Of a stretch of DNA of 64,000 nt, positions 47,943 to 59,648 are shown piece after piece; the stretch's first letter is position 1; each line of letters opens with the position of its first letter. Position numbers and translations under genes: made by a program. The notes under the pieces are model-generated. The model was not told the origin of the DNA, searched no databases, and worked only from the letters and a program-made list of their open reading frames with translations. Location: NCBI GenBank assembly GCA_048013815.1, contig CM106586.1, positions 124,001-188,000 on the forward strand, in the 5' to 3' direction. The stretch is from Setoptus koraiensis. Lineage: Eukaryota; Animalia; Arthropoda.

Positions 47943-50900
47943 TTATCCCTGGTTCATTGTTGATTGTATCCAAACTTTGAAGCGTGATATCCTTGTACAA
48001 ACTAATGTATGTTGCAGTGTTATGATGTCATGTTTGAAAGAAAAGAAGAAGACAAAGAAAGGAAAGAAATGGTGTAATCTTAGATTGTTGTCTTGTAGAT
48101 CTTCTATCTAAGGTGGAATATATAGACGTTTAATCTTTACCTCCTGGAAGGTTTCTTTCAGCACAGCCAATACCCCAAGATATTATGCCTGCCAAAAACC
48201 ACTTTCCATCGTCCCCTTTAACTTGAAGAGGTCCACCAGAGTCACCTTGACAAGAGTCTCTTCCACCTTCTTCATAACCGGCACATAAGAATATATCCGG
48301 TATGTATTCATGCCTTCCGGCGTTCAAGAACATGGTTTTACATTTGTCATTGCTCACTATAGGAACTCTAACTTCCTGTAATATATTCGGTAGAGTACCA
48401 CCTGATTCATGGAGATTTGATTATGATTGAATAAATGGAGACCACGAGATTCATGCATTATTATTATATGGATGATACTTGAGACTTTCAAGAATAAGTA
48501 TTGTTAGTAAGAGGTAAGAATCCCTCACCCTCACCTTCATTTAGTCTACCCCAGCCGGTTACTGTTGCGTTTCTTCCTAAAAGCTCTATATTATCGGGTG
48601 GTAGACATATTGGTGCAACATGTGGCGGGAATTGGATGGGTGAATCTAATTGTACTAGGGCGAGATCATTTTCATAGGTGAAAAAGTTGTATTTTGGATG
48701 AACAACTTTCTTTTTTGCAGTCCTCTCTATATAAGGAAGCGGCTCGGTAGCTGAGGCAAAGTCATATTCGCCAACACGTATTCTAATTTGTATTAATTGA
48801 AGATCTTCAACACAATGTCCGGCGGTGGCTATCCATTCATTGCTTATCACAGCGCCACCACATCTATGGGTTGATGCTAATCCGAAAAATGATGTTCTTC
48901 TCACAGAAACTTGCCACGGCCAAGCTCCGAATGCGGCATTCTTACCACCAACAACTTTTGTTTGTGGATACGGGGCTGTAATACCACAAGCAACTATAGA
49001 AAAAAAGAATGGAACGTAAGTAACATGTTGTTCGTAAATGGATCAATGGTTGAGAGCATCACAAATAAAATCGAAACATGGATTCGCTATGTGGCATTTA
49101 GTAAGACTAACCCTCTTTCACAGGCTTGTTGATATTGTTGAAATTGGTCGCATCGGAAGGCCCATTATTATTATCGCCCTGAGTTGTTGGTGCCGTTGTC
49201 ACAGTTAGCATTGTAGTGATGTATTCATTATTTAAAATGTTCAGTTCACCTGGAATTATTATTGGATGATTATTATTATCATTATTGTGACTTGCAGTAG
49301 TAGTAGTTGTTGTGATTGTTGTTTCCGTTGTAGGCAATTGTGACTGTAATGGTGTTGTATGACTGAAATCTGAGCTTGTTGTTGGACCTACTGTTGTTGG
49401 CAACGAAGAGAATGAAAAAACGGAGTTGTTGTCTACTCCACCCAAAGTTGTTGTTGGATACCGATCGTCGATATTGTTATTCATGTGATGTTGTTGTTGC
49501 TGCTGCTGCTGTTGCTGTGGTTGTTGATGATGATAGACAGAGTCTGTATGTCCTATCATTGTCATGCCATCTCCATTATTATTATTATTACTATTATTAT
49601 TGTTATTGTTATTATCATTATTATTACTGTTTTCATTGTTATTATTATTCATCTGCAAAAAGTTAGTTGGATTTGGGTTTAACGATCCACTTGAATCATT
49701 GTTAAAACTGTTACTATTTCCGCTGATAGGTGAATTATTTATCGTTATATATTGATTTTGACTCAATTGTGTCGCATCATGATTATTGATAGATAATGTT
49801 TGTGCTTGGTCAGTTTGTTGTGAGCTAGGTATTGAGTGAATCGATGCATTAATGTCAAAAGCAGAGGTGTAATTGTTTGCGCTGTTGATTTGATTATTAG
49901 GATATAAGTTATTATCTGTATTAGTTGATAATATGGTAGGGGTAATGGCAGGATTTTTAGAAATGTTCAATTTATCATTATAATAAGAATTGTTCTTTTT
50001 CAAGATATTCTGTGACTCATGATAGTTCGGAGAATTAAACCCCAGTTGCTGTTGATTCTGATGATGTTGATGGTTCATATGCAATTGTTGTTGGTGAGTG
50101 TGATAAGAATTAAATTCCTGATTTATGTATGGTTTATACTTGTTTGAATTCAAGAAAGAAAATGGCTTGAATGTGTGAAAGAAGGTATTTGCCAAAGTTG
50201 TCACAGGCCTGTTCTGCCACGAACCTATTGAGAGATTTATCGAATAGTTAATCAGTCAAATGAAGAATCCAACGATTAGATAAAATTTTTCAAAGAGGAA
50301 TTGTCAAATCAAATCGTTTTTACTTGCCTCCAAACGATGGTGCCACAGTTGTTGGATATTGTTGTTGTTGTTGTTGAGAGGACGTAATCTGTTGATTGGT
50401 TTGTGACATCTGGTGCATTTGAGGCGATACTTGTGGCGTATGGTGATTCGACCAAGGTCTCGACATTGAGGGAAACAAGTTTTGCTGCTGATTCACAATA
50501 TTGCCTGATTGGTGGTTGTAGTAGGGCCTGATTGAAGTTGTCGAGGCAATTGTTGATGGGCTTGGTGTGGTTGTTGTAGTTGTTGTTGTTGTGACTGAAA
50601 CGGATGATGTTACAGGTGCCAAACCATGGGCCTCTGTGCCATTATGGCTGATTTGAGAGTTGTCGTAGTGAGATACTATTGTATCATAATGAGGTAAATT
50701 GATTGGATTATTGTGCTGCAATGGCGATTTTGACATTGAAGGCGATGTTGATGGTTTTTGTAATCCAGAATCAATGTCGTTGAAAGTTTGATTATGGTAA
50801 CAACAACTACCAAAAAGGAATTTATCTGAGCAAGTTCCTAAATGTTTACCTTCGGTTTTAATACAATCCCACATAAACATACATGTTCCCTCTTCACCTA

Positions 50901-51277
50901 CGGCATTCTTACATGGTTTTGCACTAATCACTGTTATGGATGTGCCTGAATTGAATTTATTTTTGTTTACAAAAGAGTGATCGTAAAGTTATCATTACTA
51001 TTGAAGGGAGCGCTAAAAATATGTTAGTCTTATAATAATGTGAATGTTGCGAATAATAACACAATTGTTACTCACCGAGACCCTTGAAACAGTCTATCCA
51101 AGTAAGACTAGTCAAGCTAACAAGACAAATCAATATCAAAGTTGATCTAATTAACTGTCTCCAATTTCTACTGTGTTGCGGTGAGGAGTGTAGTCTATTT
51201 TTATATGAACAATGTAAATAATGTCTTCTTGTTGTAAAAATCAATATGCAGTTGTTGTCAACAGTTTTGTGATCCAT
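47943..51277 (-). CDS. Sb: Stubble-stubbloid type II transmembrane clip-domain serine protease, 6 exons, ~903 aa
   Basis: Exons 51277-51076, 50945-50328, 50224-49112, 48993-48535, 48401-48141, 48001-47943 total 2712 nt with all phase-1 introns. Features: signal anchor, clip domain ([32 protein letters not shown]), long Asn/Gln/Thr-rich stem, activation site K|[25 protein letters not shown], and triad TAGHC / ENDLAL / GDSGGP. The protease domain closely matches Drosophila Stubble as I recall it. Confidence 0.93.
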
Positions 51278-53318
51278 AATTGCTTTATTGTTACTAATTG
51301 ACCTGGTTTAAAATGTTTTTTATGAGATAAATGTCATATATGATTTTTAGGTGCGAGTATAATAACTAAATATAACAACAATAATAATACAGATCATCAA
51401 TTCACTGACAAGATGCTTATTGATTTTTCTTTGGTTGCTTCTGACTTTGTGTGAGTTCAATCATAGAAATTTCTTCTTCCTAAGTCGTAAATTTTGCATA
51501 AATTCTTCTGCGTTCTTAAGATTAAGACTATTTAGATATAATATCTTTGCGAGGTAAACTATATGTTTGTTCGACACACAATGGGTCAAGTCATGGAAGT
51601 CTGGAAAAGGATAGGAGTTGCCCTCGTGGGCACCTAGAAAGTCTATTCAACTAGAAGCCATCGTGTCTATGTAATAAGTTTAGTATTTAAGTCTTGTTGT
51701 ATGGACGAGTTGCATGTAAGCTTCAGAATATAAATGTTAAATGTTATCAAAGAGTAATACTCTCTTGTTTCTTTTCTTTTCTCTTTTCTTGATGATGTCA
51801 ATGGTCAACGACGACTGTTCTAATGATTTGAATATGAAAAAGATTCTTCTCACTATGGAATGGTTTCACTATTAATACATTGAACACAGTAACTACTACA
51901 CAAGAACTGTTTATGTGCACCTGGTGTGGATATTATTATGATGACGATGATAATGATATGATCCAAGCTCACTTAACGTTTTCGTGAATGAGAAGAGAAC
52001 TTCTCTTGTCAGTGAGATCTGAAGAAGAAGAAAAAACTTTCTTTAGTTGCAATGGTTAACATGTACAAGCAGGGTATAGAATTTTACTGTAACTTTAATA
52101 CTGACAGTTTTAATGGTATGGTGAATAGTAAAAAGAGAAATCCACAACGATTGACCATGATACATTGACTCATTGCGGTCATTAAGACACATTTTACACT
52201 AAGTGGTATTACACCATGGAATACATTCACTTGTGGTTAAATAAGGCAGCCAGCTCAGACAGTAAAAAAATATAACCGAGAAGCTTGCTGAAATCCCGTT
52301 GTCTGCTTCGACAGGTTGTGTCGAGGCAGACAATTCTATCTATGTATCTCTCTATCTATCTATCTATCTATCTTTGCTTGCTATCTCGACCACTGGAACT
52401 GAAAAATTTCACGGTTAAGGTTGGCAGTAATCATCATCAGATATTTTGGTCTCAAGTGCAAGTTGTCGTCGTTGTTGTTGTCGTTGTCTTTCTCGACAAC
52501 AGCAACAACAACAACAGTGACATCATTATTGATTAATATTAGAGTACGAACAAACAAAGCTTTTCAATTTTAGTTGCTTGCAGTTTTTTTATCTCTAGTA
52601 GTTAGTCTGATCACTGATGCCTGATGATGGCTAGTTGGCTTAAATTCTTACTTGAGTTGATAGATTTAATGGTTTTTTTGGTTTGCTTCTTGTCCGTTAT
52701 CTCGTCTTGTTGCTCTTGGTCTTGTTGTTGTTTAGCTTTCTTGTTTCTATCTATTACTCTTGTTTTACTCACAAGTCTGTCCACAGTCTAGATACCAACA
52801 ACAAATTACACAACTGATGAGGCTAACAGACAGTGATGATGTGATTCTTATGCTAGCATGGACAGAGAAAGAGCATTGTTATAAAAGTTAATTTCATCAT
52901 CATCAAACCTTTCGAATGAACATCAACATGACATAGAACAACAAGAAATTGATGTCTAATGATCATCATAACTATTATCATTGCCATCATCCGAGTTTCG
53001 TTTCTATACAATAATCATCTAGCGAGTTCATCATCAAACAGCAGAAAACTTTAGTGGGCCACCAAGATTCTTGTGTTAGATCTCTATGTGTGCCAGCCAC
53101 TTTGTATTCTGATTCGACCATGAAACAACAGCACTCTTCTGAGAACCTTGTAAATAGATAGTTCTTGTGTTGATTCGAATACGGTTCAGACGCATTTGAG
53201 CGATCAGTTTGACTTTTCAATCATGATAGGTACAAGTATTTAGTATTGTTGAACTGAAAAGCTGCTACCTCAGACACTAGCGATTCGAACAGACCTTATT
53301 CCATTTATCCATGTAAGT

Positions 53319-53446
<128 letters not shown>

Positions 53447-54661
53447 TTTCTAGTGTGGTGATTATGATTCATTTAATGTAGTCATGATGATATATAGATA
53501 TCTATGTATATATGCGTGGTAGTATTGATGATAATAGTACAAGTTGAATAATGCAATGTGTTATGTAAGATAAGGCGGCTGCTTGCGGTTTTTGATGATG
53601 GCCTTGGCCGGAATAAAAGCTATTTCAATCACAGCAACACAATGATGATTTGTATATGATGACTTAACTAGTTTCAGTTGGTCAATGGCACAACTATCTA
53701 AAACTATCTTAGAACTACTAATGGCTTCGCTGATATCAATGCTGTCTAATGATCACTGTGTAGGCTTCCATTGTCTTGATTATTTCTTTGAATCTTCTTC
53801 ATCATTTTAATTCACAGTTATCATGGTCCGATCATCAGTTACCGGTCATCAGTTACCGGTCATCGACATATACGCATATCTAAATAGATAGCGAGATAGA
53901 TTGTGTGAGATGGTGAGATAATAGACATGCGTTGCTACTATTTTCCAGAGAAGATGGAAAATATGGAACACTCCTACGGTGAAATGTAACGAGATGTGAC
54001 GTAACTTAGTATCTCGTTATGTAGAAATGTAACTACTAACTTACTGCTATCATTACTATCTCATGAGGCGTCGCCAGGAATGCAAACAAGTACATTAGTC
54101 AACACTAACCTAGAATTGTTGGCATTTAATTTTGAATGATTCAGATGGGACAAACTGATTTGTTAACTGTTCAGCGAAGAGAAAAAACTTCCAACCAACT
54201 ATCAAGATTGCAGGCTGCTGAAACCGAACCTAATGATAAGCATATTTTCTGGTTGAATGGAAGAGAGCAAGTAATTCTTTGGTGGTGAATATATAGAGAA
54301 AGTACAACAAAGGGTCATGATTCATCTGAAAGGCTCAAGAGAAATAGGCTGTACATAAATTTTGGACATTGAAGTACAATTTGTTTTGTTGGATCATTAT
54401 TGTCTAGTTGTCACAAATAATTTCTAACATGCAACCTGAGTGCGAGCTTAGGAAAAATCTTAACTTTCAAAACGTTATTGTAAATGATGTATAGAATAGC
54501 GAGATACACAAATAATATCAACTAGGATGACAGCGCGAAACTTGCCACACTATACTATACTCATATATTATCCTTTGTTGTGCGATACGCCCTAACTACA
54601 TGACAACTATGATAATATGGACCAATTACACAATAGTGTCGATCAAACAATGATGTTATGA

Positions 54662-55021
54662 TTACTCCTCTTTTTGTTCGTCATCATCTGGCGGATATAG
54701 TTTGGGAAATTTGCTGAAGCATTCTTTCATGGCTTTAAAAAGAGGGTAGCAGCTTTCAGCATTGGCCATCTGTTCTTTAGTATCTAAATCTTGTGCCTTG
54801 TGAATACACGAAAAAGCCTCTCTGAACTCATAACCACATGGCCCGTAAGGCATCCCACCTAGACATGGACAGGACCAATTTAATTCTCCGTTAGGCAAAA
54901 CAAGTCCTTTTCTTTGTTCACTAGGATCCAGAGGTGCCAATTGAATCCTAGACGGTTCTTCATGGTCTTTTTTGAACGTAATGATAATCCTATCCTTGCC
55001 TATCTGTTTGCATAGAGACAT
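54662..55021 (-). CDS. CHCHD4: Mitochondrial intermembrane space import and assembly protein Mia40, copy 1 (119 aa)
   Basis: N-terminal MSLCKQIGKDRII (AIF-binding segment type), GL.LPNGE.NW.CPCLGGM catalytic CPC, twin CX9C, acidic tail. Confidence 0.93.
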   Translation of the reverse strand: MSLCKQIGKDRIIITFKKDHEEPSRIQLAPLDPSEQRKGLVLPNGELNWSCPCLGGMPYGPCGYEFREAFSCIHKAQDLDTKEQMANAESCYPLFKAMKECFSKFPKLYPPDDDEQKEE

Positions 55022-55421
55022 CGCCTGTGCTCTATTTACGAATACTTGGATTTGGTAGTAGTAATAATTATGATAATAAGTGAAAATATATTAGGTGTCG
55101 TTGAGGTTCCTCCGCTCCAACTAATATTATTATGTATCATAATACGCTCGAGGCATAGCGATAATGTGGGAGTCTCCCACATGCGTCCGAAAGCAGTATG
55201 AGTGCTCTCCCTCAGTAGGCGGGAGTTGTTGTGATCACTCCACAGCAGTCAGCATGATGGACGGTCTTTGTTATGACATGTGTACTTGTCCACTTAGACA
55301 TAATATTTTTTTGTATCTCTATACTTATAGTTATTTATTGATACTACCTAGATAATGAGTGAAATCTGGTTATCGTCTATCATAACGGACGACTGTTATA
55401 ACATCTACATGGAAAGTGAAC

Positions 55422-56993
55422 ATGGATAATAATCTAGAGACCAGACTGGACCAACGTCTACTCGGTTTGTTGGATGAAACCAAGGAAGAGCCGATCAGTA
55501 GTTTAGATTTAGCTAAAAAACTCAATGTCGATCACAAGAGAATTATCGGAGCAATCAAGAGTATCTCGACAAAAGCTGCCGGCTCATCTGGAGATGCCAA
55601 CGAATTCCTGGAGAGTCAGATGAAGGATTTTAAAAAACTTGAACTGACCAAAGAGGCTTCGATGATCGTTGAGGATGGTGTCAGTCATGAGGTGCGGTTG
55701 TTCAATTACATACCAGAGGATTCAGGTATTGAGCAGATTGAATTAATGAAAAAATTCCAAGATATGACCATTGGCAAAGTGGGTTTCAGTACAGCCATGC
55801 GAAATAAGTGGATTCTTATGGAAAAGGACACTAAACAGATAAAAAGAAATGTGCCTCATGTTGAGGATAGAGTTTTCAGAACTTTGAAGGCAATTCAAGA
55901 TGGTTCATATAATCCAGATGATAATGACAGTTTTGTTCAGGTATCCGAGTTGAATAGCCGAAAGCTGGTCGCTACCACCGTGATCAAATATTTCTAAGTA
56001 AAAAAAGGGCCGAAATTCAGTTTGACCATTGAGACCGGCGAGACTGATGTCACACTAGATCAGGTAGAATCAGACCAATGGAGAATGAAAAATTTCAAGG
56101 CTTACAACTTCGATGCTCTAGGTCTTCCAGACACACCTGGACATCAGCATCCATTGCATTTAGTGAGAGAGCAGTTCAAGAGGATCTTTCTCGATATGGG
56201 ATTCTCTGAAATGCCTACAGATAATTATGTAGAAAGTTCCTTCTGGAACATAGATTCACTCTTTATGCCCCAGGATCATCCTGCGCGCGATTCTCAAGAT
56301 ACATTCTTCATTAAAGACCCTGAAACATGCGCTTAGATTGAGGACAGGGAATTAGTTCAAAGAATTCAGAATGCGCATTCTGGCAGCGAAGATAAGTCGT
56401 GGCCTATGGGATATCAGTATAAGTGGAGTGAAGATGAATCAATCAAAAACGTTTTTAGAACGCACACGACAGCAGTAACGGCTAGGATGGTATACAAGCT
56501 CGCTAATGAGTACAAAATGAAACCCAAGAACACACCATTCACACCAGCCAAATTCTTCAGCATAGATAGGGTTTTCAGAAATGAGACACTAGATGCGACA
56601 CATCTCGCCGAGTTTAACCAGATTGAAGGGGTTTATCTCGACAGAAATCTCACTGGAGTAGACCTGAAGAATGTTCTGAGGGTTTTCCTCAACCAACTTG
56701 GTCTTAGGGAGCCCAGGTTCAAAACAACATACAATCCTTATATTATGCCAAGTATGGAGATATTCAGCTATCACAAGGGCTTAGGTAAAGAGATTGAAGT
56801 GGGTAATTGTGGTGTGTTTAGATCGGAGATGCTAACTGCACTGGGTTTACCCGACGATGTAAATGCAATCGCATGGGGACTATCTTTAAAGCGTCCCACA
56901 ATGATAAAATCCAAGATAGATAACATCAGGGATTTAGTTGGTCATAAAGTGGACCTAGAAATGGTATATGACGGCCCTTTATGTATGTTCTAA
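55422..56993 (+). pseudogene. FARSA: Cytosolic phenylalanine--tRNA ligase alpha subunit, full-length but interrupted by two in-frame stops
   Basis: The three ORF-track pieces share one frame and are colinear with PheRS-alpha ([65 protein letters not shown]). TAA at 55995-55997 and TAG at 56334-56336 each replace a single codon, and I found no intron that removes them in frame. Confidence 0.85.
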
Positions 56994-57133
56994 TTAAAGT
57001 CATAATTGATGTTCTGTCCAGGCAGTTTTGTAGCATAAACAGATCATCTTAAACTAGGCCTCATAATACCCACTATAGTTATGTATCACTTAACATCATT
57101 AGTTAACTTTTTGTTTATATATACTTGAATTGG

Positions 57134-58852
57134 TCAAATATCAGATTTTTGCTTTGATCTCAATTTGTGTCGTATCAGTGGTACAATCGTCGACAACGGT
57201 TCAGCCATTTCTAGTAGGTTATGCTCCAGTAATTCACTAGCAGTAGCTCTATTATCTGGATCAACGTCTAAACAACGATCTAAGAAATTGCCAAGTTCGG
57301 GCGATATACGTCCATAATCGATTTGCGGCTTGCCACTTGTTGCTATTAAGTAGATAGCTTTCAAGGGTGTTTCATTTAAATATGGCGGAGCGCCCTCAAG
57401 CATCTCGATAATTAGTATCCCCAGACTCCAGATGTCTGTCTTAGTGTCGTAGGCTTTCCTAGTGATTATCTCGGGAGAAAGCCAATAAGGACTACCTGCA
57501 AAAGTTTTTCTCTTCTCTTGGGTGTCATCCAGTTGAGCACAGAAACCAAAATCAATGAGTTTAACTTGACCGTCTATACTAAGTAGAATGTTATCGCTTT
57601 TTATATCACGATGTATGATACCATTGAGGTGGAGAAATTCCATTGCTTTCAGTACTTCTTTGATCAGTGCTGCAATCTGACCTTCTCTCAGTACCATTGT
57701 GGTGACTAGATCTGTCAATGGACCGAACTCTAAATACTCCATTATGACCCATAGTATGAGCTCATCAACTAAGTAGCTATCATAGTAATTAACGACGTTA
57801 GGGTGCTTGTTCTTTTTCATGACTGATATTTCGGTTAAGATAAGCTCTTTTTTGACTTGTTTATCAATCTCAATTGTCTTTATCGCAACTTTTTGTGATG
57901 ATTGTGTATCTATTGCTGTGTATACAACGCCTGTTGCACCTGTCCCCACTTTTCTGAGGAGCTTGTATTTCAATGTTGGATCACCAGGATTAACAATTTC
58001 TTTCAATTTTACAATCCAGTCAGTTGATTCTTTCTTCTGAAAGACTCTTCTATGATTTCTTCGCATGGGTACTGGCTTCGTTAAGTGCAAAGAGTCTTTT
58101 GTTTCTAAGTTAGATGTTGCAATAATAGCAGTTGTCTCTTCAAGGATACGGTCAATGGTAGAGTTTGACTCGATATCTGGAATAATCTCCGGCTCACTGG
58201 AGTCTACTTTCGAACTAGCATGCTCAGACTGTTGTAAGTCTATTTGATCTACTGTTGGCTCAACACTTTTGCATAAATTATCTGTAGCATCAATATTAGT
58301 AGTATCTGGGCTGGAATATTCTACAAAGTTATCCTCATCCGTACTTGAGCTAACTTCAGTTTGGCCTTTAACGAATGTTTTGCGAATGTTGCTTTCTTCA
58401 ATTCCACTTGATTGGTCTTGATGGTTGTCGTGGTAACAAGTGGGTTTGTGGCCAAGGTCAAGATCGGGTTTTAAAGTTTCCCTTTCATTGCTTTCGCTTG
58501 AGCTCCTTTGTAAATTCTCTGAACTAACTTGTAACACATCATCTTTCATCGTCATATATTTTACATCCTGATATAGTGAACTTGCATAGAAGTTCAAAGC
58601 AGAAATTATCACCGCCGAATTTTCTTGTTGTTCGCGTTGGCTTATATTTGCAGATCTCAATAATGATTGCCATTCCTCTGGCAAACCTTCGATCTGTCCT
58701 GTAAGAGGATTATATCTAGCATGCATTTTGTGTTCTACATTCTCGGGCCTTCCAATAACTTGTCCTGTGGGTGATTTGCGGTGGTTGTTCGAGTGGCTGC
58801 CACCGCTGACTTTCGATAAAGCTTTCAAAAGATTGTTGGCTAAGCTGTTCAT
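57134..58852 (-). CDS. Pak: Group I p21-activated kinase (Ste20/PAK1-like), divergent, intronless ORF (~572 aa)
   Basis: ATG at 58852. CRIB/autoinhibitory region (IGRPENVEHKMH..YNPLTGQIEGLPEEWQSLL). Kinase motifs GTGATGVV, VAIK, KKELILTEI, HRDIKSDNILL, DFGFCAQ, GSPYWLSPE, GAPPYLNE.PL.AIYLIAT. Confidence 0.9.
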   Translation of the reverse strand: MNSLANNLLKALSKVSGGSHSNNHRKSPTGQVIGRPENVEHKMHARYNPLTGQIEGLPEEWQSLLRSANISQREQQENSAVIISALNFYASSLYQDVKYMTMKDDVLQVSSENLQRSSSESNERETLKPDLDLGHKPTCYHDNHQDQSSGIEESNIRKTFVKGQTEVSSSTDEDNFVEYSSPDTTNIDATDNLCKSVEPTVDQIDLQQSEHASSKVDSSEPEIIPDIESNSTIDRILEETTAIIATSNLETKDSLHLTKPVPMRRNHRRVFQKKESTDWIVKLKEIVNPGDPTLKYKLLRKVGTGATGVVYTAIDTQSSQKVAIKTIEIDKQVKKELILTEISVMKKNKHPNVVNYYDSYLVDELILWVIMEYLEFGPLTDLVTTMVLREGQIAALIKEVLKAMEFLHLNGIIHRDIKSDNILLSIDGQVKLIDFGFCAQLDDTQEKRKTFAGSPYWLSPEIITRKAYDTKTDIWSLGILIIEMLEGAPPYLNETPLKAIYLIATSGKPQIDYGRISPELGNFLDRCLDVDPDNRATASELLEHNLLEMAEPLSTIVPLIRHKLRSKQKSDI

Positions 58853-59648
58853 AACTAGAAATCGCGTTACTATGTAGGTCCCCAAGTATCAAATATATGG
58901 CACTTTAATAATTAAAATAAAATCTTGAACCTGTTGACTGGTTGGTATTGCGATGAGAGATCCTGAAATTTCAATCACACTTTTGAGAACAGATGCTGAG
59001 GATTGTCTTATTTTCTGTTGCCGGATTAATATTATATTGCGTCAATCCATTGCAAATAATGTCAAAATATCACGCACTCATTAGGATCATCTTTATAAAC
59101 CGCTGGCTGTTATTAGAATTGTTATGTATTTTTTTTTTTAAATAAAGACATACATTTGTTATTAGTCAACAAACGTCACGTTCGTACTAACTAGGGAAGG
59201 GCCCGGTAACCTCTCTCCTTTTTTTTCCTGTTCTGCTTACTCTGCTCTCCCTCACAATGTCAGTTCCTCCCATGGTATCTCCTATTCTCGACCACCCTTT
59301 GCTATTCGGACCGCACACATGTGTGAACCGTATCGAAAATAGCTCTATAGAAAACATTAAAAGCTGATTCTAGAGAGGCTTGTTGGACGTTCTTTGGTAG
59401 ATTCCTCTGAAAAAAGGGGGAGATCGCTCTCTCGGTGTAATTAGTGATGTCATGAACGTGCGGTCACCTAGGAGCCGGAAGGTTGATCTCCCCCGGTTAA
59501 AAGAGGCTGTACTTCGGGATTCAGAATCTCGGATTCTGAGAAATTTAAAAGACGCGCTAAGTGTTCACTTGCCAAAAATTGTGCATATCAGCAAGTTTTA
59601 TTGTTTATATTATTTAAATATTAAATATACTTTACTCTATTAACTCAC

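Noticed and set aside
55995-56336. Stop-codon reassignment (TAA/TAG as Gln) to explain PheRS-alpha
   Set aside because: Neighbouring genes (ORC2, Stubble, Mia40, Draper-like) end in TAA at homologous C-termini, and no other ORF has internal stops.
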